A stretch of DNA of 64,000 nucleotides, taken from positions 62,001-126,000 of the forward strand of contig JBEWZL010000102.1 in NCBI GenBank assembly GCA_045837725.1, given 5' to 3'. The notes below the pieces were generated by a model. That model saw only the letters and a list, made by a program, of their open reading frames with translations. It made no database searches and was not told where the DNA came from. Both the position numbers and the translations under genes were made by a program. Below are positions 35,518-49,900 of this stretch, piece after piece. Position 1 is the first letter of the stretch; every line of letters begins with the position of its first letter. The DNA is from Vermamoeba vermiformis (taxonomy: Eukaryota).

Positions 35518-37809
35518 ATGGAACACAACAAATCTGGGCAACTGCGCCGATCTTGGGACGACTTACCGCAAGACGCGCTATTCTTTATTTTTTCGTACTT
35601 GGAGCCAGTAGAATTAGCGCATATAGTGTCGAGTGTTTGCAGATCATGGAACGCGGTAGCGAATCACAACGAGATTTGGCGCCCGAAGTGTATAGAAATG
35701 TGTTTGCACAATCCCCTTAATTCTAGCAATGGATTACTATTCAAGGAGCAATATACTGCCTGGTATAAAGAGTTTTCACGTTACACAGATGTCTATCCCA
35801 CGATCAAGCCGCTGTTCGATCGCTTTCAAACTTGGGCAAGAGGACATATCCCAAGAATGCTAAAGACGTTTGAACCTGGCGCTACTGAAAGCCGTTTAGC
35901 TAAAGAAGAAGGACAAATTGCAAGCGATTTTAGCTTTCCGAAAGGTAAAAAAATTTACGAAAATTAATAATCAATAGCTATGTTCTGGCTAATACTAATT
36001 ATAATATATGCAATGATATTCTTATTGACACGAAAAATTCAAATTTATTGGATCGTTAGTAACAGATTTCTTCTAGATGTACGTTGTTGGCTTCGGCTGT
36101 CAGATGGTCAGCGCATGGATAGAGACGAAGATATTGGACTTGGCATGTTTGGTGAGTTATCCCGCCAATTTAATATCGCTCCAGCCAGATTTCCTTTGCT
36201 TGATCAAGGGACAGTTTCGCCAAAAGTCATTTTTGAAAATTTTTCCTCGCATTTGACGCTAATATAATATAATTATATTATACAAATTTATAATATTTAA
36301 TTTAGCCTAATAGTTCATTCCGATGTTTTATTTTTCGGATCGCGTGACACGTTAGATCTACAAACACTAATTGGGCTTGTATAGGCGGCTACTCTTTCTA
36401 CGATCACAAAGTATCATTGCACTTGTTGAATAGCGAACAAATTACCTCATTTCATAGCGTAAGTTCTCTTTATTAATGCTAAAACGATCCTCCAAGTCAC
36501 GAGTCAACACTTGTCCTCGGACAAAAAATTTGCCGTGCTGTCCAGTTCTAACAAATTTTAAACGCACGAGCCATTATATATTCATGTTAATATATATACA
36601 ATACTATTTTGTATCGATCAGCAATGGGACGTTTGATTAATTAATTTTTGTAGATCTTGCAACAAAAACTCGGCTCCAAACAGTGGATCAAGTGTGTAGT
36701 GCCGTTAGTCACTTCATTTAACAGTCGCAAAGTATATTTCATCGTCACCAAAGATTTGCCTAACGCTCCAAAGTACGTCATTCCTCATACTAAACTCAAA
36801 TTTACGTGCTTCAGTTCTTCTCGAATATTCCGCATAATATTGTTATAATAATAGCTATTAGAATTGATATAATATGTGCATATTATTAACGATTCGATTA
36901 TTTTTTAATTAGGGGCTCTTTGGTCGTACCAACAATGGGCTATAGAAGTTACATGCCGTTTGCCGAGTCATTTACCGGTACGCATTTACTAAATTCAAAA
37001 ATGTTAATAACAATTGATATTTATGGATCATATTGTCATATATTGGTTATAGCCTAATTTGGAATAGATAGTTGAATTTAACAATAATATTTTGCAGCGT
37101 TATTGGAAGATCATTTGGATCGATTAGAAAGCGGAGATTATAAGATTGAAGACGGCGAGATACAAATATTTCCTTTTTTGTCCGTCCCTGAAGCCGTCAC
37201 GCGCGGTGTTCGGATCAAGGCCAGTCCGCTGCTGATCTCTGAACGAACTCAACCCGAGACTGGAGAGTTCTTATGGGCCTATAGAATATTCATGTCTATG
37301 GACGAAGATCAAGACGCAAATGATAGTTGTCAATTAGTCTCGTAAGTAACATAATAATATTCATTAACAGATCTATTTATTTTTTTGATGCTCAATTTTA
37401 ATGCTTATATTTAGGCGCCATTGGATTATTACGGATGGCAATGGACATGTAGAGAATGTTCAGGGTCCTGGAGTCGTTGGTTTATATCCAAAAGTAAGTG
37501 TAGCAGATGCAGTCAGTTGCCGTTACACGAGTTTTCCTTATTTAGAAAATTTATCTAATTCAACTGTAGATGACTCCTGGAGCATTCTTCTTCTATGAAA
37601 GCTGTTGTCCGTTGAGCACGGTAAGCGGATCCATGGAAGGAACGTTCAAGATGCGCCGAAAAGACGGATTTGAGTTCGACGCGCAAGTTCCAAAGTTTGA
37701 ATTCAAGATTCCAAGCGTAATTCGATCAAAGAGGAAGGTAGATGCAATGAGCAATCAAGATAGTGGCTCTAATAATAACCCAAGTGCAGCTAAGAAACAA
37801 AAATTATAG
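35518..37809 (+). CDS. F-box, SMI1/KNR4-like and ApaG domain protein (FBXO3/SKIP16-like)
   Basis: F-box WDDLPQDALFFIFSYL; PGATE; ApaG AYRI..CQLVS|RHWIITDGNG..VQGPGVVGLYP..YESC..GSMEG. Confidence 0.88.
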
Positions 37810-38232
37810 GTAGATTTTAAATTTCCATTTTAGTTGTCGTGGATGTAATTAAAAAAAGTGCAACTCTGTAGAGGGTTGCGTTTCAATAATATCTTTATAT
37901 GCAAATATCAATATAATCGTGGCAAGTTTAGCAGATCCATGTTTTAAATCATTTCTCCAATTTAAACGCCGCGTAATAGTTCTTTTTCTCGTATTGCATT
38001 AACTAAAAATTAATCAACTGATCCTGAAATCACAATACATTTTTATTAAGCACCTCAGCTGTCACTCGTCAAGCTGTTAAAATTTAAAGCTCAACGCAAA
38101 TTTCCTCCGCAATTAAAATTATTCTGATTCAATACGCGACCACAAATCTCCTTCAATTATATTATCGCAATATACTACGCGAGTATAGGCACGAGGGTTG
38201 AAGGAGTTTAAGCGAATAGAGAATCGTTTCAA

Positions 38233-39560
38233 ATGTTAACCAGATCCAGCCTGATAGTACCACTTTTGCTCGTGGTCTTAGCATTGAGAAGTAAGTAGAA
38301 ACTTCCACTCATCTACTAATTTATAGTGCTTGCCACTGACTATTATTATAGTTAACTCGCAGCCTATTCCGAAGTCAGGATGGGAAGTTCTTAATGTCGC
38401 AAGTGTGCCCACAGGAGGATATCCGTTCGCTCGCGTAACGACTTTCAACAATGGTGATTATATTGTAGTTTATCCTATTGTCGATGTCGGTGCAAACTCG
38501 ACTATAGTCGCGCAAATATACGCAGCGAATGGAACCTCAATTTATGGGGAAATTAAAGTTAGCGGATCCGGCAATTTTACCGCCCCAAACGTAATCGCCT
38601 TCTCAGATAATACGTAAGAACCTTATTAATATACTCCTATAATTATATTTTCATAGTATTAATGTCTTTTTGTGTCAGGTTTCTTGTAGCTTGGCGAGAC
38701 AACGCAAAGAATAATATTCTAGGAGTTCAATGCAATCCTGACGGCGTCCAAAATACAGCAGTATATATATTGGACCATGTATCTTTACCACCTTCTACGC
38801 CTAATGTAAGTTTCTTATCTGAACTTTCAGATCGAGAGCACAAGGATAAATTTTTGAGTACTCAAGATTCGCAGGCAACGGCCCGAGAATTTTGTGCATG
38901 TATTTTCTATGCAATATCGATGTAAATCAACTTAAATTTACTTTGATTACTGATGATTTAATATTTAGGAACCTTTCGAGCTGTTACGCGTCGTTAATGA
39001 CGATTATATTATTGGCTACGTCAGTGGAACTCAACTCACTTACAAGCATTTCGCTTCTAAGCAAACATCGACCATTTATATCATGACTAATAGCGCTGGG
39101 TCCTTAACTGTAAGTCATTGCAACTATTTTTTTTTATCTCCAGATTTGGCGTTAATTAATTGATTCACAGAACCCTCACGCGACCATCATCGCGGATGCT
39201 TCCGGTCAAGTCGCCTATTACATTCATGAACGATCAAATTCAGGCACCGAATCGCTTTACGTGTTCCGCTACGTGGTCGCAGATCGCAACGGTCCATCGA
39301 TGGAAGTCGTGTTCAACAACGCCGTGCCGAGCTATCCTATTCCAGTAGTCACCACCGATCAGACTGTATTCTCAGCCCTATTCACTAACACCCCTACCAT
39401 TGGTGCTCGTACTGTTCAACGTAAGTGGTCAAAGTTTGGTCAACGTTCGGTCAAACAATGACTTGACACGTAACGCACAATAGCCTGTTAATTTGGTCAT
39501 TGTCCCGTCTCTTGCAGAATTTTATTACTTACATTTAAATGAATTTTAGTTTTTGGTTTT

Positions 39561-39592
<32 letters not shown>

Positions 39593-39596
39593 GGGG

Positions 39597-39633
<37 letters not shown>

Positions 39634-41496
39634 CTTGACTGTCAACATGTCAAAAATGTCACGTGTCAAACTAATTTTGGTTTATTATTGCAGATGTCAC
39701 AATTGACGTGCCTAATTACCGCGTGACTGGAAACTACACAATTGTCAGCAACAAGACGCAGAACAGCGATATGGGCCACGCGGTGCATTTGGGCCAAGAT
39801 TACATTATTGCCGCGTACCTTGGCACTCGCGATGGAACGACAGGTCTCATTTGTAAGTACAGCTCTCTTTGCATCCTTTGAATGCTTTCATAACGCATGC
39901 CATTAGATCGAACGACGCGTGTCATGAATGGCGGAGCTTATGCCGCAGTATACGGCCCCGAATTGATGGGTAAGTTTAGATACATTTTTAATTATTAAAA
40001 GTTTACTAAGGTGGTTATTTTATAGATTCAAATGTCAATGCTTATGGTCCTCGAATGATCGTGAGTGGATCTGACGTGATAGTCATTGCCAAAGATCGAT
40101 CGACAGGCAACATTATCCGTCGAGTGCTGACCTTCTGTGGCAACGGCATTGCTGACGCTGGTGAAGAGTGTGACGGCACTGAGTTCTGCAGCACTGAATG
40201 CAAGTGCACGATGGGCACAGCGGGCGTGAATGGCCAGTGCGTGCCACGTAAGTCACCGGTTGTCGCGTGTAAATAATATTAGCCACTAACTCGTGCGTAG
40301 AATGTGGCGATGGAGCGGTACTTGGCAGCGAAGAGTGCGACGGCGGTGACAAATGCACGCAATGTCACTGCGATGCGGGATACAAGCCCTACTCGCCCGC
40401 TCAAGCAGGATGTCAAGCACTGCCCACAGACTATGTCGGTAGTTTTGGCCCCGTTCTTGACTGCATTGACATCACGAGCACCACGTACAAGTTGTATTTT
40501 AGTTTCAACAATCAAGACGGCTTCTATCAAACTATTCCTTACGGCGACAAGAACCTCATCACACCATCGAGTTACGGCGTAAGTACCGCGCTTAAGAATA
40601 GTGCCTCGAACTTACTCTTGTGCTTCAGAGCGACAGACCAACGGGATTTCCAGCGGGTCAGAGTCTGACTTACCCGTCATCGCCTTACGTCCTCACGGTA
40701 CCTTCGTCACTCACTTCACTCGCTTGGCAACTGAACGATAAGCGATTGAATATTGATCTCACTGACGCACAAAAGTTGGCTTGCCCGACAAGTAAGTCAA
40801 GTTAGATCTTTAAGGTGTCACCTTTTAGTTTGACACGTGTCATTTTAAGGTGTCAAAGCAGCTATCAAACTAGAATCAGTGACACAAATCAACCAAGATT
40901 TCGTGTCAGAATTACTTATCAACTTGGCTGCCACGTAAGTACTGTCGTAAAAAATGGCCAATGGCCAGCTCGCTAACTTTGTGTATTAGTTACAATATCT
41001 CGCCTTCGAGATTAAGCGCTACTTACGAAGAGACTCCTACAAATAGATCATTGGTAACATACGGCTACGTAATTAATACTACGATCGACTCGGGTAAGTT
41101 ACAACCACACTCGATGTAGATCTGGATCTAACTGATCTTGCTTTTTTATAGACCCGAGCGGAGTATCATCAGCCGATGCCTTATCGTAAGTATATATAAA
41201 TATACATATAAGATGTAGGAATTAGCTAATTTCATGCCAGTAATTTGGTCGAAGATTTCAAGAACAGCTCGACAGCAGCAGATGTGAACGACAAGCTGAC
41301 TGAAGGCTTAGAAGAGAATAACCCTCGCATTAAAGAGATCACACCCACACCTATTGAAACACGTGGTACCTCGTATGAACCTGTCGCGTATTTGGCGCCT
41401 GTTGGAGTGGATGTAGCTTCGTCTTCTTCGACGTATTGTCCTTCAATAATCATGATCTTTGGTGCGATGGCGTTCTCTTTAATGCACTTATTGTAA
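38233..41496 (+). CDS. Secreted or surface-anchored protein with Cys-rich CGNG..EECD repeats
   Basis: Signal-peptide-like start, CGNGIADAGEECDG and CGDGAVLGSEECDGG repeats, hydrophobic C-terminus; many small introns. Confidence 0.65.
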
Positions 41497-41712
41497 AATA
41501 GAATGTAAGGAGTACAATGTAAATAAATACAAACTTTCAATTCATTAAGGTCAAACTTTGGTCAAACAAAAGGGTGTCTCAATCCTGTCAGTGTGAATTA
41601 CTATTAATTAAATATTATTGGCTGTTCCTACGACAACAATTCTTCGAATTTCTAAGGCCTGCGCACCACAAAAAGAATCGATCAGATTTGACATTTTAAC
41701 TTACTTCCGACA

Positions 41713-42572
41713 ATGTGGTCAAATCAACCGAATCAACCTAGAATAGTTATCAATATGGGTGGCAATAATGGCCAGCCACAGCAAGGCGGCTTTAATCCGT
41801 TCTCCGTCTTCGATCCAAATGGATTCAATCCGTTTGCCATGTTCAACAATATGCCGAATAGTCCTTTTGGCCAGAGAAATGTTCAAATAAATATGAATGG
41901 TCAGCCCTTCCCCAATATGAACGTCCAGATGCCTCAACAACAAAACTTCATGAATAATAACAATGTAAATCCGCAACAGCAAGCTCCTCAACAACCCTTC
42001 GCCGCTAATCAAGGAATGTCTATTAATCTCCCGAATATTTCCATCAACATTAATGGAAATGGCAACAATTCCAACCCTAACGTCGAAGTACCCGATCCAG
42101 TCCCCAATTCACCTTCGGAAGACTCGAGTTCTGATGATGCTGAACACACTCCCAACGTAGAACCAACCGATGATATTCCAGATGACGAAGATAGACCCAA
42201 TTGGGAGTTTTACAGAGGAGATCAAGAACCTTCCAACGCTGAGTTCAATTTCAACATTAATAGTGGGGTGCCTATTAACATCACTACGAATGGAAACGTT
42301 ACTTTCACGTCTAATGGTGTCGGCAATGCTCCCCATACCCATCATACGTCAATTCCAAAGAACCCAATGACGGATCCGATGAACCCCATGAACCCAACGA
42401 GTCCATTTAATCACTAATCCCCACTAATCCTAATAGCCCCTTAAATCCGAACAATCCTAATAGTCATCTTCATCCTAACAACCCGCACAACATGAATAAT
42501 CCGAACGGGATCTTCCAAAGCAATAGGCGTCATCACCAACAGCAGCAGCAGCAACAGCAGCAGCGGCAACAC

Positions 42573-42603
<31 letters not shown>

Positions 42604-42749
42604 GGCAACACCAACAACAGCAACAACAACAACAACAATTTCTTAGAAATCAGCAACAGATGAATCAAATGCACCAGCAGAACGCTCAACGGATGCACCA
42701 ACAAATGACAATGCCCAGACCTCCGCCACCTCCTGTTTTCCGAAAATAA
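41713..42749 (+). CDS. N/Q/P-rich low-complexity protein, paralog 1 (frame break at about 42412)
   Basis: NPxxP repeats, polyQ and terminal PPVFRK; the 8-nt duplication CACTAATC interrupts the frame. Confidence 0.6.
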
Positions 42750-42945
42750 GCCACAATCCTTTTGTATAATCCATGTTAGTATATTTGAGCATAAAGTATT
42801 CTTTAAATCCAGCCATGAGTTCAAGTTTAGAAATCTCCGAGACGATCCCATTCAATTTTTTCAGTCGCCTTTCTGTCACTTTGTGATTGAATAAATACGT
42901 ATTCATTGAAGGCCACAATTCAGCTATTATCGTTAAGTAATAGCT

Positions 42946-43736
42946 ATGGGCAATGTCAATGCTTCCTCGAATCGTGATCCGCTTGGAGGACGGCGCATTG
43001 TAATCGTGTCACAGAATGGCGCCGTCACTATTGATGGCCAGCCTATTACACCTGAACAATTTCAACAATTACAGCAAAATATGAATTTCAACGTTGCATA
43101 TCCGCCTAATAACAATAATAATTTTAATATTTCCAGTAATAATTTAGAACCTTCGGCACCAGCAGCAGATCAGGACTCAAACGATGATAGTGACAGCGAC
43201 AGCTATTATTCGGATAGTGATATTGAAGAAGAAGGCATTAATTATGCAAATTTTGTCGAAGAACCCAACGGTAATCCAGATTTACCTGAAGGCGTCAATG
43301 TAAATATTCATTTTGAAGAGCAACAACAACAACAGGCGTACCTGTTATTATATTCGGAAATTCCTCTACCTTCCACCGAACCCACCACCATCCGCGTCCA
43401 CCTCCAATCCACCGCCCTGCGCATATGGATCCTAACAATCCAAGCCATCCAAACCACCCTAATAATCTGAATAACCCCAATGGCGTGTTTCAGACAAACA
43501 TGCGAAATACGGAACGGCAACTACGCCAAGACAGGGAGCGCATTCAACAACAGACCCATCGCAACATCCAGCAAATGAACCAGACTCATCAACGAATCAT
43601 CACGGAGCGACTCAACAATGAGCAGTGGAATCGAGATTTTCAAGCGCAAACTCGTCGCATTCAACAGCAGAACAATCCATATCGCCCTCCTCCTGCGCCA
43701 AGACCAAATCCACCGCCAGTCTTCCGTCGACGATAG
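42946..43736 (+). CDS. N/Q/P-rich low-complexity protein, paralog 2 (frame break at about 43320)
   Basis: Shares RIVI, an acidic patch, GVP, NNPNG(I/V)FQ and terminal PPVFRR with paralog 1. Confidence 0.6.
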
Positions 43737-43942
43737 TTCTAAGAAAATCCATTGCTATACTATATAAATATAATGTAACGATTTGTATGTAATGTTAGTA
43801 AATAACAACTGTTAATAGTGTCAATAAGACTGGACGAGAAAACTCGAGGTGAGATCCGGCTAAACTCTAAGAGGATATTTAATACAGAACTAATAGTAAC
43901 AAGCATACCATGGCCTATATTAGGCACACTAGGCGGGCCTAT

Positions 43943-44971
43943 TTAAAAGCACGTCAAGCAGCAGCCATAAGTCGTGTTGCTGCATTGCGAGCCCAAGCAC
44001 CAAGAGCCACCAAAACGTTCCATTTGACTGCGCTTGTATCGCTCGACATTGTCACGAACCATCTCTTGGATCTGGGGATTAGAGTTCAGTCTGGGCTGGT
44101 AATCGGTCTTTTGGGGTGCGGGAGGCGTCACTGGACACAGGGTAGGTACGCCGAGACATCGGTCTGTCACGTATTGGGTGCATTGGCCGCACGAGCACTT
44201 GGTCGAGCAGAAACCAATTTGATTACAAATCTTATCGGCACTCTCGCCCACTATAGCGCACATTAGGTTATATGTATAAGGCTTTATACTAAGACTAGAA
44301 AAAAGCGTTGAAATTACGGATCGCGAAACAATTGAATTCTTTTAAGAATTTTACTTTGAATGTGCTCAATTTAATTATTATAATCTTGATGATATTTATA
44401 AGATATTTATACGTACTAGTAATCCATTTGACAATATCTTCGCAGACGTAGCCGATAATGAAATCGCAGAGGACGTCCAATGGAGGAGGAAGAGCCTGTA
44501 ACGAGCAAAAGTGATTAAAATCATCTTGTTTATCTTGTTATGATTATTGAGTAGTCTACTTACTTTGCAAGCAGCACTGCAACCGTAATCTGGAATAAAT
44601 AAAAAATTTATGATAATGGTTACGCTTAATTGTGCAATCAATATTACTAATATAATTATATTTGATTCATACAGTGCTCTTAGATCAACCAAAAATAATT
44701 CTATAAATATAGAAATTCATGTTGAGTATTTTACCTTCGACCATTCCAACTACTTCAACACAGCCCTCGCAAATATTAAAGCTTTGAAATTTAGTCTTGC
44801 TTAATTCCGCATATTTATCGACCTATTTATTTAGGTTAATCATTAACGTCGGATCTTTGGTCATGATCAAGCGCTTACAACGAGCTTTTGGCCTTCTAAT
44901 GTGCTTGATTGAGCACTATAAGTGCAAGCAACAATCACAATTAATGTAATGAATAAGGAGTATGAGGACAT
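43943..44971 (-). CDS. Secreted saposin-like (countin-like) Cys-rich protein
   Basis: Signal peptide; YGCSAAC, LDVLCDFIIGYVCEDIVKWI and GESADKICNQIGFC give saposin-B Cys spacing; extra Cys-rich tail. Confidence 0.6.
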
Positions 44972-45286
44972 TTGTGGTTGCAAACGTTCAAGAAAAATGA
45001 TCGACTGAAATTGCAACGAGAAGACAAAAATGTGCTCGGAGCTCCGGGATAAAGCCGTTAAATTGAATCGTGTACTATTAACTACATTAGGACACTATTC
45101 TTTCATGCATTTCATCGGTTAAAGTTGAAATTTTAATAAATAGTCTATGTACAGGTCAAGATCTTCGTTCTAAAACTACCGAAAAGATTACAAGTGATAT
45201 TAGTATATTATTACATTGGTATTGTATGTTCTTATGTACAAGTCAATACTGAATAGTGCGAGGTGGCATAAATAAAGTGGATCTAT

Positions 45287-46441
45287 CTACATGACTTCAA
45301 CCAAATGATGGTCAAACTTGATGTGGTGCAAGTTAAATACGGTGCCCCATGCAATCAACATCTGTATAATTATATGCGTTAATATAATTACATTGCAGAA
45401 GCGCGTGCCGAACATTAAAGAGGAAAAATTTTCCGATCGGAAAAACAAGCTTACCTGAGCGAGGTAGTACGTCGTTAAAATCATGCCGGAAGCATAAGGA
45501 ATCTCCTTAAAGAACATATCCCAAGCTAGGATGGAGTCTGCAAATAATTTGACGGTTAGAAAGTCGTTCTACCACATCCGACAGATCCGCGACCTCGTGC
45601 TTACCTGAAATTGCAAATAAGAACGCTCCAACAGCTACATAAGGATATTCCCGTCCAGCAGCAAGGTCAAAATTAATTGCCGTGACAAGCATGCCTATAG
45701 AGTTGAGTTAGTTAAGCTCGATCACGACGCTTCAGAGAAAAGGATCAGAACTTACAAGCAAGAATAATGCTGTAGATTAGGATTGGCACGAGGAACTTGC
45801 GACCTTTAGGCTTGCTTCTGAACGAATGAGTCAACACAGCAACATACGCGAGCAACACAGTCATAATTCCTCCGAGCAGGTATGGATGCATGACCCACGG
45901 AACCATCAACGTGAATCCAACGAAATATAAGACATGTCCAATTAAGAACGCGATCAAGCCCTAAATAAAAAATCAGAGGTTAATATTCTGAAAGTCTAAA
46001 CATTTTCGATCGCAAGGCTCATAATATTAGCCTTATACATGATAATTTGTAGTAAAACTGGCAATAATATGACCAAATGGAAACAATGGAAATCAATTTA
46101 ACGGGTAGACGTGAGGGTTCACTGAGTTTTCGGGGATTCGTCTCCAAGTTTAAAAAATAAATTCAGGGCTTTACCTGCAAGAAAAGCGTCGGGAATAATA
46201 GCAAAATATCTCCAATAAGTCCAAATATCAGGCCCGATACAATGAAAGTGTAGAGGAAAGTGTGGAAATTAACATTGCTGAAGAGGCGCATGATCAGCTC
46301 TATATTGAAGAGAGGCGAGAGCAAGATCATGATAGGGAGTGGCTTCGTATAGTAGTATGCCTTGGGGTAATAGACCTTTGAGAAGATCGACAGTGCGCCA
46401 GTGGGAATGATCAGAGCCAACAGATTAGTCCACTCAAACAT
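45287..46441 (-). CDS. YhhN/TMEM86 lysoplasmalogenase-like membrane protein
   Basis: TKPLP, GLIFGLIGDILL, GLIAFLIGHVLY, GAFLFAISD and TYYLAQMLIA motifs. Confidence 0.88.
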
Positions 46442-46911
46442 GGTGTAAGATCGTTATTTCTCCAGGGCAATTCTTCGTTTTGATCTTTTGTGGTCGCAAT
46501 ACTTTGAGGCGTAGTATAAATGATCACATTGCCCGCCTGTCTTTTTTTTTGCATGTCGTTCAAATTTTTTTTGCGCATTGTAAGCGTGAACGCGCAGTTG
46601 CTTTGCACACCATAGAACTTGTATAAATTTCGGCTGCAATTACTCGTGTATACACTGTTCTGCCATGTCTTATCGAGGCTTGCTATGTTATTTGTTGCTC
46701 CACGAATCTGTTGGTCTGATTGAGGATTGACTCGATTTATTTAATAATCGTGGTAGGTGTACGTGACTCGTAGAATTTTTATAAATATCAATCGCTAGAG
46801 CTCGTCGTAATAACTGTTCCTTACATCCCTCAAAAATATTTTGGATTAAAAATTGCTTTCTCACTTACAGCAATTTATACCGTTTTGTAAACAAATTACG
46901 TAAATTCCTAG

Positions 46912-49900
46912 GAGGACAGCAGGAAATTCTGCACGACGAATTGTCTCGTCAGGCGACAGAGCCGCTTTTAGAAGGACGTTAACCTTTTCTGGTCCGGGTA
47001 TTCGGGCCCACATTAATTTTTATCTACCGTCCGAGGAGAGAAGTCCAGAATTTCGTAATCCTTTTGCTTCGTACTCCGTTACACTAATTAAAAGGTGAAA
47101 GAAGCACCGCAGAGCGCTGGGCTAGTACGTCATTGTCCATCCGCGCCTGGTCAACGCAATGAAAGTACGCGATGCTCGTCAACTTTGGTCTTTGTATAGT
47201 TACTAACATCCCCTTCACTTAGGTTGGATCCAGCAATAAGCAAAGAGAATTAAACCGCTGTTTAATATGGTTATAATTGCAAATCTCCCGTAATCTCCAA
47301 AACAATCTTTGCCAAGATTTCAACGCTCCACGTGGCAGTTCGGAGGTTTGTATTAATCTATATATTGCGGTTACTTAACGGAGTATTAATTTTAAATAAT
47401 TTTGTAACAGATCAACACACGACAAGAGTTGGTACAATTATTTTAGTATTATTCAATTACTCAAACGGTTGGTGATGGAGCTTCATCAATATATTGAAAC
47501 GGTAAGCCATGAAAAACCAATCTTGTATCTATATTGTGTCACGTATTAATATTTTCTGATGAATATAGAAGCTACTATCGTCATTCGACTACGTGCACGA
47601 AATATTGCGGATCAACCTCAGCTCGGTCGAGACGGAAAATAAACTTCTCGTGCAATTGACGCAGTTTTACGAGAAGCATGATCGCTTGAATGATTTCATG
47701 CGGTGGTCAGTCATACAAGAAGTAGAGAATACTGGTAAGAACAACGACAAAAGATCACACTTTTGAATTGTCAAACCCCGATCTAACGAGCTTCGGATAG
47801 AAATCCCCGATGATTTGTTTCGCAAGGGCAGCATCGCCACGGGAGTGATGTTTCACTTCCTCTTTAGTGACTTGGGCAAGATCTACTTGAAGAATACAAT
47901 CTTGCCGACGATTCGACAAGTCGAAGAACTGACTGAAGATATGGTATGTATGCAGCATTGACACGATCTAAGAGATGCATGACATTTCAAAACCAATCTC
48001 GGAGTCTAGGGGAGGATTTGCCTCAATCATTGCCGACAATTCCATTCTGTTTCTAAATTTGGAAACATCTTAATTCTACCTCGACTCTCAGTCGAGAGTA
48101 TTTGAAGAGCGATACTAACGTAGCGATATATGATAGGAAGAAGACGATGATTTCAGTCCAAGTGTGATGCGCGACATTCTTAACGTGGCAGCGGAGTTTT
48201 TAACCACGTTGAACGATGAGTTGGCATCGTTCCCTCTGTAAGTTGCCAATAACTGCTTGGATATAATCCTTGGGGATACTATTTTAAGAATATTTATTGC
48301 CATTGCTCTTGGATTATTTAAACCTTTCCTAATGTGGATTCACTCCAGGCACATGCGAGAAGGTTTCTTAATTCTCGAGAAAGAGGTGGCACGCAAGTTT
48401 CCTTCGTTTGACAACGTCGTTGGCTCGGTGTTGTTTCTTCGTTTCATCTCGCCAACCATCCTTCAACCGCAAATCTACGAAATTTCGGACGAGCCATCCA
48501 ACCCGGCTTCTCTTCGTGCCCTGATCCTAATATGCAAAATAATGCAAGCCATCGTCAACAAGAGCCAAGTGGTATTGCCAGATGCTTCGGATGGTATCAA
48601 CGAGCAAATCCATCGCTTCATGGTTGCGCATGCAAAGCCGATGAGTTCCTTTTGCAGGAGATTAACGGTAAGATATTTTTCGAGATATACTATTGCGCCG
48701 CTATGGCTTAAAACAATTATCGAAGCTATTCCTGGTCCCTAAATTGCTTTTTCCTAATTTGGAAAGTAGGATTCCCAAGAAATCAACTTTTGTAAGAAAG
48801 TTATCGCAGCATCCGTGCGAGCTCAAGTTTTTTCCGATGAAGAGAAACGAGCAGCTATCAATAGCTTGATGGAGTTCCTTGACGAGAATGAAATGGAAGT
48901 CCCTACCACAGCGAGGCGGCCGAGATCGTCGTCGTTCCGGATAAGTTCTAGCGACCTGCTTACTTCGAAGTCGCTGCCAGTCAAACCTCTGTCCGCATCA
49001 GCCAGCTTCATTAGCGACACAGACGACACCGATACCGAAGATTCTTTCGAAAGTACTTCTTCGCGAAGTCGCAGTAACAGCATAGCGGACAAAAAGAAGC
49101 TCCGGAGATTTAGTGTGGGCTCAGAAGGGTCCAGTAGATCTGAGCCTGGTGCTCCCCGCGTCGTTGGAAGAATGCCCAAGTTCGTCCGAGAACGCGAAGT
49201 AGTTTCCTTAGATGGCGAAAAAGTCAAGCTTGAAACAATCTTTAAAGACAAGACTGTAGTATTAGTTTTGCTAAGACACTTCGGGTGGTAAGTACAATAA
49301 GTTGCCTATTCTTAAAAAGTACTAACGAGAACGTGTTGTAGATTGTTGTGTCGCAGATCGGCTTCCGAATTGACTCAGATCGAGCCGGTCTTGAATTCAT
49401 TAGGGGTAGAGTTAGTGGCTATTGGTTCAGGCACTGCTGCCATGGCTGCAGATTTCAAACAGGATTTCAACTTCACTGGTCAGATCTACGTGGATGAAGA
49501 ACGTTTAGTCTACGAAGATCTGCGGTGCAAGCGAGGCTGGAAGAATGCCTTGTTCAACTCAAACACATTAAAGTCTATCGTGTCGGCTTGGGAGAAAGGC
49601 TATCGACAAGGAAAGAAACAAGGAGACATGCTGTAAGTACTACTTAGAATCGCCAGATCTGCGTCGTGCCATAACTAACCTCGTTCTCGATTAGTCAATT
49701 AGGTGGTTGCTTCGTGATTAAGTACGACAAGGTCTACATGGAGCACTTGGATCGGTACGCAGGAGATTTTCCGAAAGTTTCAAAAATTCTGAAGGCCTGC
49801 GGTGCTGACGATGAGATGATACAAAAAGTCAGAATTAAAACACGAAAAGAGATGAAAAAAGAAGAAAAAGAAGAACGTAAAGCCAAGAAATTAGAATACA

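Noticed and set aside
39545-39633. Poly-T/G5/poly-T/poly-A tract as a retroelement tail or telomeric seed
   Set aside because: Intronic low complexity with no target-site duplication or element body; possibly a sequencing artefact.
42531-42640. CAG/CAA repeat array as a CRISPR or satellite
   Set aside because: It is a coding polyglutamine tract with no repeat-spacer structure.
47223-47501. Stop-codon reassignment (TAA/TAG read as Gln) suggested by stops in the 5' RasGAP exons
   Set aside because: Conserved genes in the window end in TAA/TAG and show no internal ones; these exons are simply unresolved or contain errors.
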